Below are positions 59,387 to 64,000 of a stretch of DNA of 64,000 nt, in pieces. The position numbers and the translations under genes are program-made. Under the pieces are notes generated by a model. It did no database searches. It was not told where the DNA came from and saw only the letters and a program-made list of their open reading frames with translations. The stretch lies in the NCBI GenBank assembly GCA_963826125.1, contig CAWGVV010000001.1, positions 1,232,635 to 1,296,634 on the forward strand, in the 5' to 3' direction. Origin of the DNA: an uncultured delta proteobacterium (lineage in GTDB: Bacteria; Desulfobacterota; Desulfarculia; JACQYL01; CAWGVV01). Every line of letters begins with the position of its first letter. The first letter of the stretch is position 1.

Positions 59387-59744
59387 TCCGAATCTCCTTT
59401 GGCTCGCCGTAATTCCCGTCCGGAGCCGACACCGCATTCCGGCCGCGTCCCCTCGTCCTTTCAGGGACCGCAACCCCTCGAAGCGGGCGTCTCGACCGGC
59501 CGTGAAACGGCGATCTTGCGTGCCAGCATGCGTGTCTCCGTCCGGTATGTCAATACACCGCCTCTACGGCGGGACGGGTTATCGGCGTCGACACGGTTTC
59601 TTTTTCGCGGACGTATGTCCTTGCGCAAACCTTGCAGCTTTTCTACTATGTGCCCATACGTGCAGGCTCTTTCTTTCATTTCTCCCAACGAGGACGGCGG
59701 GACCGGCACTCGGCTCCCGGCTTTCCGAGCTATGAGGGCGCGCA

Positions 59745-60995
59745 ATGGAAAAGGGATTCAATGCCTTTGCGGCGGCGCAAAGGCGCCTCGACGAAACGGC
59801 CGAACAACTGGGATTGGACAATGCAACACATGAACTCCTCCGGCGGCCCATGCTTGAAATCAGCTGCCTTCTCCCCGTCAGGATGGACGACGGCTCCACC
59901 AGGATTTTTCAGGCTTTCCGCGTGCAGTACAACACCGCGCGAGGGCCAGCCAAGGGCGGGCTGCGCTGGCATCCCGACGAAACCCTGGACACCGTGCGCG
60001 CGCTGGCGGCCTGGATGACCTGGAAAACTGCGGTGGTCGACATTCCCCTGGGAGGCGGCAAGGGAGGTGTGGTGTGCAACCCCAAGGAAATGTCCGAAAT
60101 GGAGAAAGAACGGCTGGCCAGGGCGTACGTCCGCGGCTTTGCCCGTTTTCTGGGAGTCACCCGGGACGTTCCCGCACCCGACGTGTACACGACGCCCCAG
60201 ATCATGGGCTGGATGATGGACGAATTCGAGACGATCCTGGGGGAGAAGCATCCGGGGGTCATCACCGGTAAGCCCCTGCCGCTGGGCGGCTCGGAAGGCC
60301 GGGGCGACGCAACCGCGCGCGGCGGAGTGTACGTGATGCTGGAAGCGGCCAGGGCATACAACATTCAGCTCGCCGGGGGAACCATGGCCGTGCAGGGATT
60401 CGGCAATGCCGGACAACATGCCGCCCTGCTGGGCGAGGAACTGGCGAAGCTCCGGCTGGTGGCGGCATCCGATTCTTCCGGCGGCGTGTATAATCCGGGG
60501 GGTATCGATCCGAAAGCGCTTATCGACCATAAACGTCGAACGGGAAAGGTCATCGATTTTCCGGAAGCGGACAACATCAGCAATGCGGAACTGCTTGAAC
60601 TGGAGGTAACCGTCCTGATCCCGGCCGCGCTGGAGAACGTCATCACCGCGAAGAACGCACCGAATCTGAAGTGCAAACTGATCTGCGAACTTGCCAACGG
60701 ACCCACGGCCCCCGATGCCGACGAGGTCGTTTTCGACAAAAGCATCGTGGTGCTCCCCGATTTTCTCGCCAATGCCGGGGGAGTAACCGTGTCGTACTTC
60801 GAACAGGTACAGAACAGCTATAATTACTACTGGCCCCGGGCCGAAGTGCATAGCAGACTTTCGGAAAAAATGAGCCGCGGCTTCCAGGGAGTCTACGATA
60901 TGGGCCAAAGGCAGAAGGTCCACCTGCGTCAGGCGGCCTATCTGGTATCCGTGGCCAGGGTGGCCGAAGCCTGCAAGCTGAGAGGCTGGGTCTAG
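59745..60995 (+). CDS. gdhA: NAD(P)-dependent glutamate dehydrogenase (Glu/Leu/Phe/Val dehydrogenase family)
   Basis: Catalytic K region GPAKGGLRWHP, VVDIPLGGGKGG, and a dinucleotide-binding GFGNAGQ. 416 aa. Confidence 0.9.
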   Translation: MEKGFNAFAAAQRRLDETAEQLGLDNATHELLRRPMLEISCLLPVRMDDGSTRIFQAFRVQYNTARGPAKGGLRWHPDETLDTVRALAAWMTWKTAVVDIPLGGGKGGVVCNPKEMSEMEKERLARAYVRGFARFLGVTRDVPAPDVYTTPQIMGWMMDEFETILGEKHPGVITGKPLPLGGSEGRGDATARGGVYVMLEAARAYNIQLAGGTMAVQGFGNAGQHAALLGEELAKLRLVAASDSSGGVYNPGGIDPKALIDHKRRTGKVIDFPEADNISNAELLELEVTVLIPAALENVITAKNAPNLKCKLICELANGPTAPDADEVVFDKSIVVLPDFLANAGGVTVSYFEQVQNSYNYYWPRAEVHSRLSEKMSRGFQGVYDMGQRQKVHLRQAAYLVSVARVAEACKLRGWV

Positions 60996-61076
60996 CGAAG
61001 AGGGAAGCCGGCTCCGGGGGAAATGTGCCCGAAGCCGGGCATGAAAACGGACTTCAGCCGCATCACCGGATGGAGA

Positions 61077-63389
61077 ATGAATCGAATATCGGAACAGGAT
61101 ATCGTTCGTACCTACCGGATGTATCAACGAATGATGGATCATCCGCGTCTCATCGGGGAGATGCGCCAAATCTTCCTGGATGCCCTGCAGGGACGAGGGA
61201 TCGTCGACAAAGAAGCCGTTGAACGCGGTGCGCTGGAAATCGCACAGCGAACCGGCGATCCGGAAACCGGCGAATGGACGGCCGGGAACCTTGCCGACAT
61301 TCTGGTCGATCTGGCTTTTGCCTCGCATTTCAGCGACGAGGAGATCGACGAGCACCTCAATTATGCCCGCAAGCTGGATCTTTTCAGGACCCTGGTGCGC
61401 ATACTGACCATGGAAGACGCTTCCCATGAAACGATCAAGGAAGCCTTGCGGAACTTCTGCGAAGTGCCGCAGGGCAGCATCCTCATCGATCCCGCCGAAT
61501 CCGAAGGCACGCGCGTGGCCCTCATCGACAGGTTCGTCTCCAACCAGCTTCCGTTCATCGGCGTGGCCAAGCATTACATCACCCTGCGCGACGTCGACGA
61601 AATCCTCACCCGGACATACTGGAACCCACGCCGCCACGGGCTCATCGGGGGTAAGGCTGCGGGGATGAGCCTGGCCCGGCGCATCCTGCTGCCCAAACTC
61701 GAGGAACAGGACCCTGAACTGGCCCGCTACGTGGACATTCCCGACTCGTATTTTCTCAGCTCGGGAGTGCTGGCCGATTTCATGGACCACAACGGTTTGG
61801 AGCAATTCCACCTCCACAAGTACGCTCTTGCGGAAAAAATCGAGGAGCATTACCGCGCGGCGATGAAGTCCCTGGAGTCGGCCCGGTTTCCGGACGACCA
61901 GCGGGAGCAGTTCCGGCATCTCCTTTCCCTGGCGGGCGAACAGCCGCTGATCGTGCGATCCTCCTCCCTGCTCGAAGACAATTTCGGCCATGCCTTTTCC
62001 GGCAAGTACGACTCCGTGTTTCTCGCCAACCAGGGCGACGCGGAGTCCCGGCTGGCGGCTTTTGAAAAGGCGCTGAAGCAGGTGCTGGGCAGCGCGCTCG
62101 CCCCGGCCCCCATCCTCTACCGGCGGGACCACAACCTGCTGGACTTCGACGAGCAAATGGGAATCCTGGTCCAGAAGGTGGTGGGACGTCGTTTCGGCGA
62201 CTACTATTTCCCCGCGGCCGCGGGGGTGGCATTTTCGTACAATGCGTACAACTGGACCCCCAGGATCAGGCGCGAAGACGGATTGGTGCGAATGGTGTTC
62301 GGGCTGGGCACGCACGCCATCGACCGGGTGGCGCACGATTACCCCCGCATGGTGCCGCTCAGCTACCCGCTTCTGCGGCCGGAAATCGAACCGTCCCGGA
62401 TACGCCGCTATTCCCAGAAGCAGTTCGATGCGCTTAATCTGCGCGACGGAAGGGTTGAAACGATTCCCCTGCTCGATTTTCTGCGTTCGGTCGACTATCC
62501 GGAAGCATTCGCCATGGTTTCGCTCCAGGAGGGCGATGAGCTGAAAGCGCCTCTGTTCAGGCACACGGACATCGAACCGGAGAAGGCCGTCATAACGTTC
62601 GAGAATTTTCTGACCAAGAGCCCCTTCGTGTCGCTCATGAGGAAAATACTGGTCCGTTTGGCAGCCGCCTACGGCCGACCGGTGGACATGGAATTCGCCT
62701 GGGACGAGAGCAAGCTCTACATCCTTCAGTGCCGGCCGCTGCTGGTGACGGAGAACGCGGGGAAAATCATCGTGCCCGACGTGGCCGGGGAGGGCGTACT
62801 CTTCACCACTGACCACTTCGTGTCCAACGATGCGGTTCTGGACATCGAATACATCGTTTATGTCGATCCTAAGGCATATGCACGGTTGGACACCGCCGGG
62901 GAAAAGCTGGAGATCGGCAGGGTGGTCAACCGACTGAACAGGATATTGGGGACGAAACGGTACGGACTCTTTGGGCCGGGCAGATGGGGGAGCAACGACA
63001 TCAACCTGGGAGTACGGGTGGGGTATCAGGACATCAACAAAACGCTGGTGCTCGGCGAAGTGGCTTTCGAGGAGGAAGGGGGAGCGCCGGAAGTTTCGTA
63101 CGGCACCCATTTTTTCATCGATCTGGTGGAGGCCTCCATCATTTCCGTGGCTATCTTTCCCGATAAGCACGGCACCATTTTCAACGAAGATTTTTTTATG
63201 AATACGCTCAACACTCTTTCCGACCTTGCTCCCGACGTAGCCGCTTTTTCCCGGGTAGTGCACGTTATACACGTACCGTCGGTTGCGGACGGACGCTACG
63301 TCCAGATTTACCAGGACGCGTCTTCGCAACGGGGCGTCGGATTTCTGGCCGTGCCGGGCGAATATGCCGCAGACGGAAAGAAACGGTGA
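61077..63389 (+). CDS. PEP-synthase/PPDK N-terminal (ATP-grasp nucleotide-binding) domain protein lacking swivel-His and PEP-utilising domains
   Basis: GLIGGKAAGMSLARR and LIVRSSSLLEDNFGHAFSGKYDSV match the PPDK_N family. No GGxTSHAAI phospho-histidine motif anywhere. The start (MNRISEQ, or the earlier MKTDF) is uncertain. Confidence 0.7.
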   Translation: MNRISEQDIVRTYRMYQRMMDHPRLIGEMRQIFLDALQGRGIVDKEAVERGALEIAQRTGDPETGEWTAGNLADILVDLAFASHFSDEEIDEHLNYARKLDLFRTLVRILTMEDASHETIKEALRNFCEVPQGSILIDPAESEGTRVALIDRFVSNQLPFIGVAKHYITLRDVDEILTRTYWNPRRHGLIGGKAAGMSLARRILLPKLEEQDPELARYVDIPDSYFLSSGVLADFMDHNGLEQFHLHKYALAEKIEEHYRAAMKSLESARFPDDQREQFRHLLSLAGEQPLIVRSSSLLEDNFGHAFSGKYDSVFLANQGDAESRLAAFEKALKQVLGSALAPAPILYRRDHNLLDFDEQMGILVQKVVGRRFGDYYFPAAAGVAFSYNAYNWTPRIRREDGLVRMVFGLGTHAIDRVAHDYPRMVPLSYPLLRPEIEPSRIRRYSQKQFDALNLRDGRVETIPLLDFLRSVDYPEAFAMVSLQEGDELKAPLFRHTDIEPEKAVITFENFLTKSPFVSLMRKILVRLAAAYGRPVDMEFAWDESKLYILQCRPLLVTENAGKIIVPDVAGEGVLFTTDHFVSNDAVLDIEYIVYVDPKAYARLDTAGEKLEIGRVVNRLNRILGTKRYGLFGPGRWGSNDINLGVRVGYQDINKTLVLGEVAFEEEGGAPEVSYGTHFFIDLVEASIISVAIFPDKHGTIFNEDFFMNTLNTLSDLAPDVAAFSRVVHVIHVPSVADGRYVQIYQDASSQRGVGFLAVPGEYAADGKKR

Positions 63390-63565
63390 TCTCCCGACAA
63401 TGTTCCCTCCGGGCGACGATGGAGTATGATCGGATCCGGTGAAGGAATGGACCTTCGCATTTTCGATACGTATCGTGTGCCCCGCAGCCCTTTGGGACGT
63501 GACAACGAAAGGTGTCTGCTGGTATAAACGGAAGGGAGAACATACTACGGAAAAAGGAGGAGTAC

Positions 63566-63733
63566 ATGGAGATCGATCATAAAAAGCCCAAGAAATTCGT
63601 TTGGGTTACGGATAATGCGGGCAACAAGTTCATCTGTCCTCTGGACGCACTCAAAGACCCCGACCAGGCCAGTGACGAAGAATTGCGGGAATGCGTGAAC
63701 GACGCCTTGGTGGGCGAGGACATCGGCGATTGA
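63566..63733 (+). CDS. Hypothetical small acidic protein (55 aa)
   Basis: AAAAGGAGGAG RBS 6 nt before MEIDHKKPKKFVWVTDNAGNKFICPLDAL…. Confidence 0.35.
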   Translation: MEIDHKKPKKFVWVTDNAGNKFICPLDALKDPDQASDEELRECVNDALVGEDIGD

Positions 63734-64000
63734 TTTTCCTCGATAGAGGGAAGAAACATACCATCGCTCCCCAAGAGGGAGCGTTTTCTTTACGACAACA
63801 AATTACCCACCATTTGTCGTCGGGTTTTCTCACCGGTTCAACAGCCGCGCGACCGGGCTCCCCTTTCAGCCGCTTTTCCCGGACAGAAGCATGATAAAAA
63901 TAAAAAGATCCCGCTTCCTGTTCTTTTTTTCTTTATGTGATGTGCGCTTTTTCCGATGTACAGATAAACCAATAAACCATTCTCCCAACTGTTTCCCGAA

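Noticed and set aside
59730-63329. 1199-aa minus-strand ORF
   Set aside because: Antisense to glutamate dehydrogenase and the PPDK_N protein. It has no RBS or start context and a junk composition.

Overview
High-GC (~60%) bacterial chromosomal window. Gene content (σ54 activators, many PAS sensors, an HdrA-MvhD-MetVF redox module) suggests a deltaproteobacterial or syntroph-like anaerobe. It is densely coding on both strands, with about 57 supportable CDS and no rRNA, tRNA, CRISPR array or obvious transposase or integrase. From 5' to 3' the window contains: (1) 1-10.3 kb, two convergent operons that mix 2-oxoacid dehydrogenase components (E2 at the window edge, Lpd) with two FGGY sugar kinases, a transaldolase, a URO-D-like protein, a nitrilase-superfamily hydrolase, a flavodoxin-like reductase and a Usp. 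(2) 10.3-11.3 kb, an AT-rich gap holding an inverted pair of GC-rich REP/MITE-like hairpin elements. (3) 11.4-22.1 kb, a ten-gene minus-strand array. A CUT2 sugar-type ABC importer is followed directly by LamB/YcsF, KipI and KipA (PxpABC-like) plus a 73-aa biotinyl carrier and a biotin carboxylase. Upstream of it lie two tandem 14-bp palindromes and a PAS-σ54 activator gene. I read this as a split urea-carboxylase-like, biotin-dependent enzyme of unknown substrate coupled to its own importer, and consider it the most interesting candidate system in the window. (4) 22.7-24.8 kb, a gene-poor island of small ORFs. (5) 24.8-41.3 kb, mixed membrane, signalling and housekeeping genes. These are ArsB/NhaD permease, PAS kinases, MscS, a His/Tyr-rich 6x H-x-Y-[FY]-Y repeat secreted protein, a hybrid histidine kinase plus CheY, a MobA-like-HD fusion plus PGM-family phosphatase, GGDEF, PhoU, a PhoB-like regulator, MtgA, MFS and SDR. 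(6) 41.7-48.0 kb, metF-like, a 1012-aa hdrA, mvhD, metV and metF, translationally coupled. (7) 48.2-63.7 kb, a signalling cluster, LigA, an S10 peptidase, an MliC-like lipoprotein, glutamate dehydrogenase, and a PEP-synthase-like ATP-binding-domain-only protein. Start codons were refined from the ORF track by locating N-termini with RBS support; coordinates of small features read directly from the sequence may be off by 1-3 nt. Several very long ORFs antisense to clear genes are GC-driven artefacts.
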